Positions 1 through 15,302 of a DNA stretch of 32,000 nucleotides are shown here, in pieces. Within the stretch, counting starts at the first letter, position 1; every line of letters starts with the position of its first letter. A model generated the notes under the pieces. The model was not told where the DNA came from and searched no databases. It saw only the letters and a program-made list of their open reading frames with translations. This DNA comes from Candidatus Tachikawaea gelatinosa (GTDB lineage Bacteria > Pseudomonadota > Gammaproteobacteria > Enterobacterales > Enterobacteriaceae): assembly GCF_000828815.1 (NCBI RefSeq), contig NZ_AP014521.1:1-32000 (forward strand), read 5' to 3'. A program made the translations under genes and the position numbers.

Positions 1-14
1 ATTTTACTTTTCAT

Positions 15-1904
15 ATGAATAATACAAAAAATTTTTTTGATGTTATTGTAGTAGGTTGTGGTCATGCTGGAATAGAAGCTTCTATGGCTTCAGCTAGATT
101 AGGAAAAAAAACATTAATATTAACTCAAAAAATGAACACTATTGGTCAAATGTCATGTAATCCTGCAATTGGAGGTATAGGAAAAGGACAACTTGTTAAA
201 GAAATAGATGCACTTGGTGGAGTGATGGCAAACGCTATAGATAAAGCTGGAATTCAATTTAAAAAATTAAATTCTAGTAAGGGTATGGCAGTTAGATCAA
301 CTCGTGCTCAAGCAGATCGTATAATTTATTCAACAACAGTTAAAAATTTTTTAAAAAATCAAAAAAATTTATATATTCAAGAACATGTTGTTGATGATTT
401 AATTATTAAAAATAATAAAGTTATTGGGTTAAAAACACAAAAAAAAATAAAATTTTTTTGTAAATCTATTGTATTAAGTGTAGGAACGTTTTTAAACGGT
501 ATTATCCGTATTGGATTATCTAGTTATCAAGGAGGGCGTGAGAACGATCCATCAGTAATTAAGTTAGCTAACTTTTTAAAAAGTTTACCATTTAAAATTA
601 GTAGATTAAAAACTGGTACTCCACCTCGTCTTGCTAAAGATACTATTAACTTTAATAATTTAGATATACAGCATGGAGACGTTCCTATTCCATTTTTTTC
701 ATTTATTAATCAAAACTTACAACCTTTACCTCAAATACCATGTTGGATTACTCATACTAATCAAATAACACATAAAATTATTAGTGATAATTTTTATAAA
801 AGCCCTGTATATTTAGGATTAATTAAAGGCATTAGCCCGAGATATTGCCCGTCTATTGAAGATAAAGTTATACGTTTTTCTGATAAAAAAAGTCATCAAA
901 TTTTTTTAGAGCCTGAAGGATTAAATAGTAACGTAATATATCCTAATGGTATTTCAACCAGTCTTCCTTTCGATATACAAAAAAAAATAGTTCAATCAAT
1001 AAAAGGATTAGAAAAAACCACAATTATACGTCCAGGCTATGCTATTGAATATGATTTCATTGATCCTCGAGTATTAAAATCGACATTAGAAACAAAAAAC
1101 ATACATGGATTGTTTTTAGCAGGACAAATAAATGGTACAACTGGTTATGAAGAAGCAGCAGCTCAAGGATTAATAGCTGGTTTAAATGCTGCTCGATTTG
1201 CTATGGATAAAGAAGGTTGGTTTCCCCGTAGAGATCAAGCATATATTGGAGTATTAATAGATGATTTATGCACGCTTGGTACAAATGAACCATATCGAAT
1301 GTTTACTGCTAGATCGGAACATCGTTTAATATTAAGGGAAGATAACGCTGATTTAAGATTAACTAAAATTGCTCATTCTCTTGGATTAATAAATGATTAT
1401 CGTTTAAAACTTTTTGAAAAAAAAGTTGAAATAATAGAAAAAGAATCTCAACGATTAAGAGCACTTTGGATTGATCCACAATGTAATAATATAAAAGAAA
1501 TCAATTGTAAGCTTAATATAAAAATAAAAAAAAAAACTAATGCAGAAAACTTACTAAAAAGACCTGATATTGATTATAATCAACTAACTAGTTTGAAAGA
1601 ATTTGGTCCTCCGCTAACTCATTTAGATATGTCAGAACAAGTGGAAATACAAATAAAATATGCAGGATATATTTTAAGACAGCAAAAAGATATAGAACGT
1701 TATAAATTTTATGAAAAAGTTTATCTTCCCCAAAATTTTGATTATAGTAAAATTACAGGATTATCAAATGAAGTTGTTCAAAAATTAAACAATTGCCAAC
1801 CTCAATCTATTGGACAAGCTTCAAGAATTTCCGGTATTACACCAGCTGCTATTTCGATTCTTTTAATTTATCTTAAAAAAAAACAGTTGCTAATTAAAAG
1901 TTAA
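15..1904 (+). CDS. mnmG: tRNA uridine 5-carboxymethylaminomethyl modification enzyme MnmG (GidA)
   Basis: The 629-aa ORF is the same length as E. coli MnmG and aligns along its full length. It has the N-terminal FAD fold VVGCGHAG plus [40 protein letters not shown] and the C-terminal [18 protein letters not shown] motif. Only 14 nt lie upstream inside the window. Confidence 0.97.
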   Translation: MNNTKNFFDVIVVGCGHAGIEASMASARLGKKTLILTQKMNTIGQMSCNPAIGGIGKGQLVKEIDALGGVMANAIDKAGIQFKKLNSSKGMAVRSTRAQADRIIYSTTVKNFLKNQKNLYIQEHVVDDLIIKNNKVIGLKTQKKIKFFCKSIVLSVGTFLNGIIRIGLSSYQGGRENDPSVIKLANFLKSLPFKISRLKTGTPPRLAKDTINFNNLDIQHGDVPIPFFSFINQNLQPLPQIPCWITHTNQITHKIISDNFYKSPVYLGLIKGISPRYCPSIEDKVIRFSDKKSHQIFLEPEGLNSNVIYPNGISTSLPFDIQKKIVQSIKGLEKTTIIRPGYAIEYDFIDPRVLKSTLETKNIHGLFLAGQINGTTGYEEAAAQGLIAGLNAARFAMDKEGWFPRRDQAYIGVLIDDLCTLGTNEPYRMFTARSEHRLILREDNADLRLTKIAHSLGLINDYRLKLFEKKVEIIEKESQRLRALWIDPQCNNIKEINCKLNIKIKKKTNAENLLKRPDIDYNQLTSLKEFGPPLTHLDMSEQVEIQIKYAGYILRQQKDIERYKFYEKVYLPQNFDYSKITGLSNEVVQKLNNCQPQSIGQASRISGITPAAISILLIYLKKKQLLIKS

Positions 1905-2257
1905 TATATTTTTTAATAGTTAATAACTGCAATTAACATATTGCAAAAGTATGAATTTTTTAGTATACAATGTTGCTTTTTATAGAAAAAAAAGATTTTA
2001 TAAACATTTTTGATTATATGTTAAAAAATGTCATTTAAAAAAAGTCAGCAAAAAAAAATAACGATTTTGTAATTAAATAATATAAAATAGTTTCTTTATA
2101 CTACGATAAATGCTAATGTTTTTTATAAGTTTGAATAGAAAATTATATTATATAAAGATATGTAAAATTAATTCTATCAATTGAAAACTGTAAAATTTAT
2201 AAGTTATCATTATATAATAAATATATATCTAATTTTATTAAATTAATGTTTTGATAA

Positions 2258-2287
2258 TTGCAAAAATTTTTAAAATTTGCATACAAT
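2258..2287 (+). promoter_or_regulatory. Candidate sigma70 promoter for the atp operon
   Basis: TTGCAA (2258-2263), an 18-nt spacer and TACAAT (2282-2287) lie about 90 nt upstream of the atpB start. A similar TTGCAA-N19-TACAAT occurs at 1941-1971. Support is weak because such hexamers arise by chance in AT-rich DNA. Confidence 0.25.
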
Positions 2288-2327
2288 ATCAATTGATCTT
2301 ATCAAGATTATTAAAGAAAAATTATAA

Positions 2328-3455
<1,128 letters not shown>

Positions 3456-3548
3456 AGTTATTTACTACTCTTCTACAAGTAATAGCGTACTTTCTGTTAT
3501 TCAATTTTCATCTAACATTTTATACACTTTTTAAAAAGGCAATATCTC

Positions 3549-4022
3549 ATGAATATTAATGCAACTATTTTAGGTCAATCTATTGCATTTTTTATATTTT
3601 TAATATTTTGTGCAAAATATATATGGCCACCTATTATTAACACAATAGAGAAGCGACAAAAAAATATTATTAAGGAATTTGAATCTATTGCAAATACTAA
3701 AAAAAAGTTAACATTAAAAAAAATTGGTCTTAATGAGACTATTCAAAAATCAAAAGAAGATGCAAAAGATATAATATTAAAAGCACAAATTTTACAACAA
3801 GAAATATTAGAAGAAGCTAAAAAAAAAGCTGTATTGGAGTACCATAGAATAATTAAAAAAGCTCATATAGAAATTAATAATGAAAAATTGAAATTACAAG
3901 AGGAATTGCAAAAAAATACGATATGTTTAATTATTAATAGTGTGAAAAAAATAATGACAAATTATTCTATGGATCATGTAATGAATAATCAAATGATAAA
4001 AAAAACCATTAAAGATTTATAA
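3549..4022 (+). CDS. atpF: F0F1 ATP synthase subunit b
   Basis: The 157-aa product (E. coli 156) starts [28 protein letters not shown], matching the E. coli [28 protein letters not shown]. It has one N-terminal TM helix followed by a long charged helix, and it sits in the expected operon position. Confidence 0.93.
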   Translation: MNINATILGQSIAFFIFLIFCAKYIWPPIINTIEKRQKNIIKEFESIANTKKKLTLKKIGLNETIQKSKEDAKDIILKAQILQQEILEEAKKKAVLEYHRIIKKAHIEINNEKLKLQEELQKNTICLIINSVKKIMTNYSMDHVMNNQMIKKTIKDL

Positions 4023-4573
4023 TGGAATTATCAATGAATAACAAAAATGTTACTATCGCACGTTCTTATGCAAAAGCAATTTTCCATTTTTCAAAAGAAC
4101 ACAATCAAATTGAATATTGGCAAGAAATATTAAAACTTTTATCTAATATTTTTTGCGAGAAAGAAATAAAAGAACAATTACAGCACAATATTGTTTCAGA
4201 AAAAAAGATAGCAGAACTGTTAATATTAGTTTTAAACAATAAAATTAATAATTTTATTAAAAATTTTATTAAAATTTTATCAGAGAATAAACGTTTACTA
4301 CTAATTCCATTCATATTAAAAGAATTCAAAAAATTGTATTATCAGTATAAAAATATTTTATATATAAAAGTATTTTCTGCTAATCAATTGAATGAAAAAC
4401 AAATAACTATTTTAAAAAATAGCCTTAAAAAAAAATTTTGTATAAATATTAAATTAAAAAACGAAATAAACAAAAATATAATAGGAGGATTTTTAATAAA
4501 AATAAACGATCTAGTCATTGATTGTAGTATTAAAAATATAATTAATAACTTAAACAAAAAAATGCAATCTTAG
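4022..4573 (+). CDS. atpH: F0F1 ATP synthase subunit delta
   Basis: Its position in the operon fits, and TIARSYAKAIF matches the E. coli TVARPYAKAAF. The C-terminal GGFLIKINDLVIDCSIKN matches AGVIIRAGDMVIDGSVRG. The start overlaps the atpF stop (TAATG). The ATG at 4034 is an alternative start that fits the E. coli N-terminal length better. Confidence 0.9.
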   Translation: MELSMNNKNVTIARSYAKAIFHFSKEHNQIEYWQEILKLLSNIFCEKEIKEQLQHNIVSEKKIAELLILVLNNKINNFIKNFIKILSENKRLLLIPFILKEFKKLYYQYKNILYIKVFSANQLNEKQITILKNSLKKKFCINIKLKNEINKNIIGGFLIKINDLVIDCSIKNIINNLNKKMQS

Positions 4574-4594
4574 TCTTAAAGGAAAAAATCATAT

Positions 4595-6154
4595 ATGCAA
4601 CTAAACTCTACTGAAATTAGCAATTTAATTAAACAGAGAATTGCTGAATTCAATTGTTTTAAAGAAACGTATTCAGAAGGAGTTGTTACTGCAATTAGTG
4701 ATGGAATTATTCGTATTTATGGTTTGTTTGATGTTATGCAAGGTGAAATGATTGTTTTAGAGAATAATCAATACGCAGTTGCTTTAAATTTAGAACGTGA
4801 TTCAGTAGGTGCTGTAGTTATGGGTTCTTTTTATGGAATTACTGAAGGTATGAAAGTAAGATGCACTGGTCGTGTTCTTGAAGTTCCTGTAGGAAAAAGT
4901 TTGCTGGGTAGAGTAGTTAATGCTTTAGGTGAACCAATTGATGGATGTGGAAAAATAAAAAATTCATCCTTTTTACCAATTGAAAGAAATGCACCTGGAG
5001 TTATTGATCGAGAACCAATTAATGAACCATTACAAACAGGTTACAAATCTATAGATGCAATGATTCCTATTGGTCGCGGACAAAGAGAATTAATTATTGG
5101 TGATCGTCAAACAGGAAAAACTACAATCGCTATTGATACAATTATTAATCAAAAAAATTCATCTATTAAGTGCATTTATGTAGCTATTGGACAAAAAATT
5201 TCTACAATTACCAATGTAGTGAAAAAATTAGAAGAACATGATGCTTTAAATCATACTATAATTGTTGTAGCTACTGCTTCTGAATCAGCAATTTTACAAT
5301 ATTTAGCACCTTATTCAGGATGTTCTATGGGAGAGTATTTTCGAGACATAGGTGAAGATGCATTAATTATCTATGATGATTTATCTAAACAAGCAATTGC
5401 CTATCGTCAAATTTCTTTATTACTACGTAGACCTCCTGGTCGAGAAGCTTTTCCCGGAGATATTTTTTATTTGCATTCCAGATTACTAGAACGAGCATCA
5501 AGAGTAAACAAAGAATATGTAAATAATTTTAATGATGGAAATATTATAAATAAAACTGGATCATTAACCGCTTTACCAATTATAGAAACCCAAGCAGGTG
5601 ATGTTTCTGCGTTTATTCCAACTAATGTAATTTCGATTACAGATGGACAAATATTTTTAGAATCAAATTTATTTAATTCTGGAATCCGCCCAGCAGTAAA
5701 CCCAGGTATTTCAGTTTCTAGAGTAGGTAGTGCAGCACAAACTGAAATAATAAAGAAATTATCTAGTGGAATTCGTACTGCGCTTGCTCAATATCGTGAA
5801 TTAGAATCTTTTGCACAATTTGCATCAGATTTAGATGAAGTTACTTTAAAACAGTTAACATATGGTCAAAAAATCACCGAATTACTAAAACAAAAACAAT
5901 ATTCAACAATGTCTGTTGCTGAACAAAGCTTATTACTATTTGCTGCTGAAAATAATCATTTAGATAATGTAAAGGTTTCAAATATTAGTCTTTTTGAAAA
6001 CGAAGTTATCAATTATGCAAATTTAAACCATAAAGAATTTATGCAAGAAATTAATGAAAATTTAAAATATACAGAAAAAGTTAAAAAAGGATTTCAAAAA
6101 ATTTTTAATATTTTTAAAGAAACTATTTTTTTTAAAAATTTAAATGAATGTTAA
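4595..6154 (+). CDS. atpA: F0F1 ATP synthase subunit alpha
   Basis: It aligns along its full length with E. coli AtpA and has the Walker A motif GDRQTGKT, plus [27 protein letters not shown] and ITDGQIFLE. Confidence 0.97.
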   Translation: MQLNSTEISNLIKQRIAEFNCFKETYSEGVVTAISDGIIRIYGLFDVMQGEMIVLENNQYAVALNLERDSVGAVVMGSFYGITEGMKVRCTGRVLEVPVGKSLLGRVVNALGEPIDGCGKIKNSSFLPIERNAPGVIDREPINEPLQTGYKSIDAMIPIGRGQRELIIGDRQTGKTTIAIDTIINQKNSSIKCIYVAIGQKISTITNVVKKLEEHDALNHTIIVVATASESAILQYLAPYSGCSMGEYFRDIGEDALIIYDDLSKQAIAYRQISLLLRRPPGREAFPGDIFYLHSRLLERASRVNKEYVNNFNDGNIINKTGSLTALPIIETQAGDVSAFIPTNVISITDGQIFLESNLFNSGIRPAVNPGISVSRVGSAAQTEIIKKLSSGIRTALAQYRELESFAQFASDLDEVTLKQLTYGQKITELLKQKQYSTMSVAEQSLLLFAAENNHLDNVKVSNISLFENEVINYANLNHKEFMQEINENLKYTEKVKKGFQKIFNIFKETIFFKNLNEC

Positions 6155-6172
6155 AAATGTAAGAGCAATAAT

Positions 6173-8486
<2,314 letters not shown>

Positions 8487-8519
8487 AAAACAAAAATAAC
8501 TAAAAAAATAAGAGTTATT

Positions 8520-8936
8520 ATGAACTATTGTTTAAATATAGTAAGTGCAGAAAAACAAATTTTTTTGGGATTAGTAAAAAAGATTCAAGTTTCCGGAACC
8601 GAAGGAAATTTAGGTATTTATCCTAGACATTCCCCTTTATTAACTACTATACAACCAGGAATGGTTTTTTTAGTTAAAGAATCAGAAGAAAAAGAATATA
8701 TTTATATTTCTGGTGGGATATTGGAAGTTCAACCTAAAAATGTAATAATTTTAGCGGATACTGCTATTCGAGGTGAGGAACTAGATGAACAACGCGTTTT
8801 AAAGGCTAAAAATATAGCAGAAAAAAATATAAAACTTAAAAATAATGATATAAATTATACAAAAGCCGTAATACAACTTGCAAAAGAAATAGCGAAACTA
8901 CGTGTTATTGAATTAACAAAAAAATTAAGGCAATAA
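8520..8936 (+). CDS. atpC: F0F1 ATP synthase subunit epsilon
   Basis: The 138-aa product (E. coli 139) is the last gene of the operon. [22 protein letters not shown] and GGILEVQP match AtpC. Confidence 0.93.
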   Translation: MNYCLNIVSAEKQIFLGLVKKIQVSGTEGNLGIYPRHSPLLTTIQPGMVFLVKESEEKEYIYISGGILEVQPKNVIILADTAIRGEELDEQRVLKAKNIAEKNIKLKNNDINYTKAVIQLAKEIAKLRVIELTKKLRQ

Positions 8937-8988
8937 TTTTATTTACGGTTTTTAGAAAATTAATAGGTATTTTTATATAAGGAAAAAT

Positions 8989-10359
8989 ATGTCTGATAGA
9001 AAGATAATTGTCTTAATACTTGCTGCAGGAAATAGCAACCGTATGAATTCTGATTTATCTAAAGTTTTACATAATTTTTCAGGTAAACCATTAATTCAAT
9101 ATGTATTAGACGCAGCAAAATCAATAAATCCGTATATAATATATTTAATACATAATAAAAATAATGAAAAATTGTTAAAAAATTTATTATCTTATTCTAA
9201 GTTATATTGGATTCTTCAAAAGAATAATTTAGGTACTGCAAATGCAGTTAATATGGTATGTCCTTATTTTAAAGATAAGGAAGAAGTTTTAATTCTTTAT
9301 GGTGATGTCCCACTTATTTCTCAAAAAACTTTAAAAAAATTAATAAAATTTAAAAAAAATAACGATCTTGTAATTATAACAAAATATCTAAAAAAAAATA
9401 ATGATTATGGACGAATTTTACGAAAAAATTCAAAAGTAGTTAAAATTATTGAATCTAAAAATGCAACTAAAGAGCAGCTATCTATTAGTGAAGTTTATAC
9501 TGGTATATTAATAGCTAATTCTGCAGATTTAAAACGTTGGATTCCAAATGTTAAAAGAGATCATATAAATAATGAATATCTTTTAACTGATATTATTCAT
9601 TTTGCATATCAGGAAAATAAAAAAATTGCTGTTATTCATCCTCAATTTATTGAAGAAACAGATGGTATCAATAATCAATATGAATTGAAAAAACTTGAAA
9701 AAATTTATCAAAAAAAAAGAATTAAAAAACTTTTAATTGATGGAGTTATACTTAACGATCCTGATCATTTTTATTTAAAAGGAGAAATGATATATGGAAA
9801 AAATTTAGAAATAGATACAAATGTTAAATTAAATGGTAAAGTTATTTTAGGTAAAAATGTAACTATTTCATCGGGATGTATTATTTCGAATAGTACAATA
9901 GGTGATAATTGTCAAATAAAGCCATTTTCAATTATTGAAGATACAATAGTTTCTTCTTTTTGTATTATTGGTCCTTTTGCGCATTTACATTCTAACAATA
10001 TAATTAATTCTAATTCTTATATTGGTAATTTTGTTGAAATGAAAGAAGTAACTTTTGGTGATAATTCAAAAACTAAACATCTTTCGTATGTAGGTAATGC
10101 TTCAATAGGGAAAAACGTAAATATTGGAGCTGGAACAATCACATGCAATTTTGATGGAAAAAACAAACATCCTACAACAATTGGAAATAATGTTTTTATT
10201 GGTTCTAATACAGAAATTATTGCTCCACTTGTTATTGAAGATAATGCAATAATAGCAGCTGGTACCACTGTTAAAAAAAATGTTAAAGAAAAGGAATTGG
10301 TATACAACAAAAAAAAACAAATTCATATATCTAATTGGAAAAATATAAAAAAATCTTAA
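8989..10359 (+). CDS. glmU: Bifunctional UDP-N-acetylglucosamine pyrophosphorylase / glucosamine-1-phosphate N-acetyltransferase
   Basis: The 456-aa product is the same length as E. coli GlmU. It has the N-terminal nucleotidyltransferase motif LAAGNSNRM (LAAGxGTRM), YGDVPLI, and a C-terminal left-handed beta-helix with hexapeptide repeats. Synteny atpC-glmU-glmS matches E. coli. Confidence 0.93.
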   Translation: MSDRKIIVLILAAGNSNRMNSDLSKVLHNFSGKPLIQYVLDAAKSINPYIIYLIHNKNNEKLLKNLLSYSKLYWILQKNNLGTANAVNMVCPYFKDKEEVLILYGDVPLISQKTLKKLIKFKKNNDLVIITKYLKKNNDYGRILRKNSKVVKIIESKNATKEQLSISEVYTGILIANSADLKRWIPNVKRDHINNEYLLTDIIHFAYQENKKIAVIHPQFIEETDGINNQYELKKLEKIYQKKRIKKLLIDGVILNDPDHFYLKGEMIYGKNLEIDTNVKLNGKVILGKNVTISSGCIISNSTIGDNCQIKPFSIIEDTIVSSFCIIGPFAHLHSNNIINSNSYIGNFVEMKEVTFGDNSKTKHLSYVGNASIGKNVNIGAGTITCNFDGKNKHPTTIGNNVFIGSNTEIIAPLVIEDNAIIAAGTTVKKNVKEKELVYNKKKQIHISNWKNIKKS

Positions 10360-10397
10360 ATAGAAAATTTTATTAGTATAAATTAGGAAAAAATATT

Positions 10398-12236
10398 ATG
10401 TGTGGAATTATAGGTATATTTTCAAAAAAAGACGTTGTTTATAAATTATTAGAAGGACTAAAACGTTTATCTTATAGAGGTTATGATTCAGCTGGATTAG
10501 TTGTTATTAAAGAAAAAGGGATTTTTACACGTTTAGCTCGTGCAGGAAAAATAGAAAATTTAATAAATTTAGTAAAAAATAGCAATTTTCCAGCAGGAGC
10601 TATTGGAATTGCACATACAAGATGGGCTACACATGGAAAACCGTCTGAACAAAATGCACATCCTCATATTTCACAAAATATTATTGTAGCTCACAATGGT
10701 ATTGTAGAAAATTATGAAGTTTTAAAAGAAAAATTAATAAAAAATAAATACGTGTTTACTTCTGAAACTGATACTGAAGTAATTACACATTTAATACATT
10801 TTGAACAAAAAAATGGAGGAAACTTAAAAGAAATAGTTTTACGCGTTATTAATCAAATAGTAGGAACATATAGTTTAACAGTGATGGATCTGTTAAATCC
10901 TACAGTATTAGTAGGTGTTTGTTTAGGAAATCCTTTAGTTATTGGTATAGGAAAAGAAGAAAACTTTATTGCTTCAGATCAAATAGCTTTATTTCCATTT
11001 ACAAATAAATTTATATATTTAGAGTACAATGATATTGTAGAAATAACACATTCTCGTATCACAATTTTTAATGAAAATAATGAAATTGTTAATAGACCTG
11101 AAATAGTTCAAAAAAATCAAGATGTATATCAAAATAAAGGAAAATATCGTTATTACATGAAAAAAGAAATCCATGATCAACCATATGTTATTACAGAAAC
11201 TATTAATTATTATTTAAAAAATAAACAAGTTAATATGAGAAATTTAGAAAATAATAATATTTTAAATACGGTAAAAAAAATTCAGATAATAGCATGCGGC
11301 AGTTCTTATAATTCTGGTATGATTGCACGTCATTGGTGTGAATCTTTAGCTAATATTTTTTGTAATGTTGAATATGCTTCTGAATTTCGTTATAAAAAAA
11401 ATATTTTAATAGATAAAGATAGTTTATTTATATTTTTATCTCAATCAGGAGAAACAGCAGATACATTGCAATCTTTAAATTTATTGAAAAAAAAACATAA
11501 AAAAATAATATCATTATCAATTTGTAATGTTGAAAATTCATCACTAGTACGTGCATCTGATATTTCTTTAATTACAAAAGCAGGACATGAAATTAGTGTT
11601 GCTTCTACTAAAGCTTTTACTACTCAATTAATTGTACTTTTTTTATTAATTATTAGAATTGGTGTACTAAACGGTAAAATTTCTCAACAATCGGAAAAAC
11701 AACTAATTTTTGAATTAAAAAATTTACCTCAAAATATAAATAAAATTTTTCATCAAAAAGATTCAATAAAATTTTTAGCTAATAAGCTCTATAAAAAAAA
11801 ACATATCTTATTTATTGGTAGAGGAAATCAATATCCAATTGCTATAGAAGGTGCGTTAAAAATAAAAGAAATCACTTACATACATGCAGAAGGATATGCA
11901 GCAGGTGAATTAAAGCATGGTCCTCTAGCTTTGATTGATCCAGAAATTCCTGTAATAGCTTTATTATCTAAAAATAATCAAATAGAAAAATTAAAGTCTA
12001 ACATTGAAGAAATATGTGCTAGAGACGGTGTAATATATATATTCGCTGATGAAGAAATTAATTTTATAAAAAACAACAAGAATGTTCATGTAATTTCTCT
12101 TCCTAAAACTTCTGAAGAAATTGCTCCTATTTTATATGTGATACCTTTACAACTCCTATCATATTATATTGCTTTAATAAAAGGAAACGACATTGATCAA
12201 CCAAGAAATCTTGCAAAATCAGTTACAGTAGAATAA
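10398..12236 (+). CDS. glmS: Glutamine--fructose-6-phosphate aminotransferase
   Basis: It has the N-terminal nucleophile MCGI, HTRWATHG, two SIS domains (SQSGETADT) and the canonical C-terminus LAKSVTVE. Length is 612 aa against 609 in E. coli. Confidence 0.97.
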   Translation: MCGIIGIFSKKDVVYKLLEGLKRLSYRGYDSAGLVVIKEKGIFTRLARAGKIENLINLVKNSNFPAGAIGIAHTRWATHGKPSEQNAHPHISQNIIVAHNGIVENYEVLKEKLIKNKYVFTSETDTEVITHLIHFEQKNGGNLKEIVLRVINQIVGTYSLTVMDLLNPTVLVGVCLGNPLVIGIGKEENFIASDQIALFPFTNKFIYLEYNDIVEITHSRITIFNENNEIVNRPEIVQKNQDVYQNKGKYRYYMKKEIHDQPYVITETINYYLKNKQVNMRNLENNNILNTVKKIQIIACGSSYNSGMIARHWCESLANIFCNVEYASEFRYKKNILIDKDSLFIFLSQSGETADTLQSLNLLKKKHKKIISLSICNVENSSLVRASDISLITKAGHEISVASTKAFTTQLIVLFLLIIRIGVLNGKISQQSEKQLIFELKNLPQNINKIFHQKDSIKFLANKLYKKKHILFIGRGNQYPIAIEGALKIKEITYIHAEGYAAGELKHGPLALIDPEIPVIALLSKNNQIEKLKSNIEEICARDGVIYIFADEEINFIKNNKNVHVISLPKTSEEIAPILYVIPLQLLSYYIALIKGNDIDQPRNLAKSVTVE

Positions 12237-12246
12237 TATTTGATCA

Positions 12247-13617
12247 CTATTTTCCTATACAAAAACTATTGAAAATATCTGTAAGAATTTCATCGCGTGA
12301 TATATGTTTTCCAATAATTTCATTTAATAAATTTTCTGATAAACGAAGATCTTCTGCTATTAATTCATAATAATTATATTGACTATTATTCTTTGCTTTT
12401 ATTATTTCGTTAGAAGCTTTTTTAAGTAAGTTTAAATGACGCTCTCTAACAAAAAAATTACAATTAGTATTTTTAAACAAAATGTTTTTTTTTAGATATT
12501 GATATAAAATTTTTATACCTTTTCCTGTATATGTAGATAAACGTATAACATATCGGTTGTTAATTTTTATGATTTCTTCTTTTTCTTGAGTAAGATCAAT
12601 TTTATTATGTATAATCGTTATTGGTACTTTGTTAAATATCACTGAAAATTCAGGACAAATTTTTTCTATTTGATAATTTGGTTTAGTAGTATAAGCATCA
12701 ATTACAAAAAAAATATGATCAGCTGTTTTGATCTCATTACAAGCTTTTTTAATACCAATTTTTTCAATTTCATTTTTACTTAAAAAATTTAATCCTGCAG
12801 TATCAACTATAGATACTTGTTTTTCATCTATATAAATATTTTCACGTAAAACGTCTCTAGTTGTACCAGAAATTTTGCTTACAATAGCTGCTTCATATTT
12901 TAATAATGTATTAAACAAACTAGATTTACCAGCATTCGGAAAACCTGCAATAACGATTTTCGTGTTTGCTGTTGTTAAATGATTTTCAGAAGCTTTTTTA
13001 TAAAGATTAATCAATTTTTTATGAATACTGTTTATTTGGTTATGAATATTTTGATCGCTTAAATGGCTGATATCTTCTTCTGGGAAATTAATAATTGATT
13101 CCAAATTAATACGTAATTTTTTAATTAAATGAATTATCTCTTTTAAAAAATTAGAAAAAAAACCTTGAAGAGAGTTTACAGCTGCACGTATTTCTTGTAT
13201 TGAACTTGCGTTTATAAAATCAATAATCGATTCTGCTTGAGTTAAATCTAATTTGTTATTAAGAAACGCACGTTTACTAAATTCTCCAGGTTGAGCTATT
13301 CTAATATTAGGTATAGAAATAATTTCTTTTAATAATATTTTTAAAGCTAAAGGACTACCATGTCCTTGTAATTCTAATAAATCTTCTCCAGTAAAAGAAT
13401 TAGGTTTTTTAAACCATATAGCAATACCTTTGTCAATAACAATACCTTTAATATTTTTAAACGATGAATAATGTGCATAACGAGCTTTAGGAATATTTCC
13501 TAATATTTTTTGAGCAACATATGAAGATAAAGCACCAGATACTCTTATAATACCTATCCCAGATCTACCAATATTTGTAGAAATCGCTGCAATAGTATCA
13601 TTCTTTTCATTATTCAT
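12247..13617 (-). CDS. mnmE: tRNA modification GTPase MnmE (TrmE/ThdF)
   Basis: The 456-aa product has DTIAAISTNIGRSGIGIIRVSG at the N-terminus, the G-domain motifs GFPNAGKSSLFN, DTAG and NKID, and the C-terminal FCIGK motif. Confidence 0.96.
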   Translation of the reverse strand: MNNEKNDTIAAISTNIGRSGIGIIRVSGALSSYVAQKILGNIPKARYAHYSSFKNIKGIVIDKGIAIWFKKPNSFTGEDLLELQGHGSPLALKILLKEIISIPNIRIAQPGEFSKRAFLNNKLDLTQAESIIDFINASSIQEIRAAVNSLQGFFSNFLKEIIHLIKKLRINLESIINFPEEDISHLSDQNIHNQINSIHKKLINLYKKASENHLTTANTKIVIAGFPNAGKSSLFNTLLKYEAAIVSKISGTTRDVLRENIYIDEKQVSIVDTAGLNFLSKNEIEKIGIKKACNEIKTADHIFFVIDAYTTKPNYQIEKICPEFSVIFNKVPITIIHNKIDLTQEKEEIIKINNRYVIRLSTYTGKGIKILYQYLKKNILFKNTNCNFFVRERHLNLLKKASNEIIKAKNNSQYNYYELIAEDLRLSENLLNEIIGKHISRDEILTDIFNSFCIGK

Positions 13618-13649
13618 TTTATTTTTAATATTCCTTGTACAGTTAATTA

Positions 13650-15281
13650 TTAGATTTTTTGCTGATAGATTCCTTTTTTCTCTAAATTTTTATAGATTAT
13701 TTGTTGTTGTAATATAGTAAAAAAATTACTAATTATATAGTATAGTACTAAACCTGCTGGAAACCATAAAAAAAAGATAATAAAAACTACTGGGATAAAA
13801 TTCATAATCTTTTTTTGCATAGGATCAGATGAATTATTCGGTGATATTTTTTGAATTACAAACATAGTAATCCCCATCAAAATAGGAAGAACATAATAAG
13901 GATCTTTTTCTGAAAGATCGTGAATCCAAAAAATAAAATGTGCGTGACGTAACTCTATTGAATCCATTAACATATAATAAAGCGCAAGGAAAATAGGCAT
14001 CTGAATAATTAATGGTAAGCAACCTCCTAAAGGATTAACTTTTTCAGTTTTATATAAATGCATAATTTCTTGACTCATTTTTTGTTTATCATCACAAAAA
14101 CGATCACGAATTTTTTGCATTTTAGGTTGCAACATTCTCATTTTTGCCATAGAAACATATTGAGTTTTAGTTAAAGGATATAAAAGTCCTCGAACTATAA
14201 ATGTTATAATTATAATAGATAATCCCCAGTTTCCAACAAAACTATTGATTAATCTTAATAATTTAAATAATGGTTGTGAAATAAACCATAACCAACCATA
14301 ATCCACAGTTAAATCAAGATTTTTAGCTACTTTAGACATTTTATCTTGAATTTCTGGACCAATCCATAAAGTTGATTTTACTGATTTTTCAGAATTTTGA
14401 GGAATATTTATTATAGATGATCGATATCCTATTGTTACGAAATCTGTTCCCGAATAATTTGTATAAAAATAATTCTTACCTAAAGTATGAGGTATCCAAG
14501 CTGTAGCAAAATATTGTTCTAACATTGCTACCCAACCGTGATTTGTTTGTATATTGAGTTTTTTGTTTTTTATTGTTTCAAATTTGTATTTTTCGTATTT
14601 ATTATTCTCTGTAGAATAAGCAGCACCACGAAAAGTACGTATAGAAAATTTTTTGTTATCACGATTTTTAGGTAAATTTATACTTTGTTTTAATTGACCA
14701 TATATAGAAACTTCTATTGGTTTCTCCGTTAAGTTTTTAATATTATAGACTAAATCTATATCATAATCTCCTCGTTTAAATATAAATGTTTTTTTATAGA
14801 TTATACCTTCTTTATTTTTCCAGATTAGTGGTACACTAATTTTATTTTCATTTTTCTTCATTTCAAATTTATCTTGTTGCACACTATAAGTGGGTCTTTT
14901 ATTTTCTCCATATTTAGGATTATCAGGTCCATTTTTACCGGTAAAACCACTTTGAGCTTGATAAATAAAAAATGGGCTAGTTTCTAATAATGATAAAGGT
15001 TTATTAGAACCTAATTTTTCTTGATAATTGATTAACTTAGCTTCTTCAATATCGCCCCCTTGAGTATTAATTTTTATAGAAAAAACATCAGTATTTACTG
15101 TAATAATTTTTTTATGATCATTGATATAATGAGAATTGATAGTATTATTTTTAATATTGTTGTTTTGAACAAACGGCTGTTTTTTAACAGCAATAATGTG
15201 ATCTTTCTGCCAAGTTTCCCACATAATCAAAGAAATAAAGATAAAAAAAACTAAAAAAAGGTTACGTTTTAAATCCATCAT
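13650..15281 (-). CDS. yidC: Membrane protein insertase YidC
   Basis: It aligns along its full length with E. coli YidC through [56 protein letters not shown] and [21 protein letters not shown]. The second Met (15278) is an equally plausible start. Confidence 0.96.
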   Translation of the reverse strand: MMDLKRNLFLVFFIFISLIMWETWQKDHIIAVKKQPFVQNNNIKNNTINSHYINDHKKIITVNTDVFSIKINTQGGDIEEAKLINYQEKLGSNKPLSLLETSPFFIYQAQSGFTGKNGPDNPKYGENKRPTYSVQQDKFEMKKNENKISVPLIWKNKEGIIYKKTFIFKRGDYDIDLVYNIKNLTEKPIEVSIYGQLKQSINLPKNRDNKKFSIRTFRGAAYSTENNKYEKYKFETIKNKKLNIQTNHGWVAMLEQYFATAWIPHTLGKNYFYTNYSGTDFVTIGYRSSIINIPQNSEKSVKSTLWIGPEIQDKMSKVAKNLDLTVDYGWLWFISQPLFKLLRLINSFVGNWGLSIIIITFIVRGLLYPLTKTQYVSMAKMRMLQPKMQKIRDRFCDDKQKMSQEIMHLYKTEKVNPLGGCLPLIIQMPIFLALYYMLMDSIELRHAHFIFWIHDLSEKDPYYVLPILMGITMFVIQKISPNNSSDPMQKKIMNFIPVVFIIFFLWFPAGLVLYYIISNFFTILQQQIIYKNLEKKGIYQQKI

Positions 15282-15302
15282 TCTTTATTTTTTTATTTTA
15301 GT

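Noticed and set aside
4105-4329. Antisense or shadow ORFs lie within genes: 4105-4329 (-), 6403-6612 (-), 10017-10310 (-), 10102-10326 (-), 13834-14022 (-), 15060-15254 (+), 16466-16696 (-), 20180-20401 (-), 24434-24655 (-) and 31038-31232 (+).
   Set aside because: Each is fully embedded in, or largely overlaps, a strongly supported conserved gene in another frame or strand. All are 61-97 aa, low-complexity, and lack recognisable motifs.
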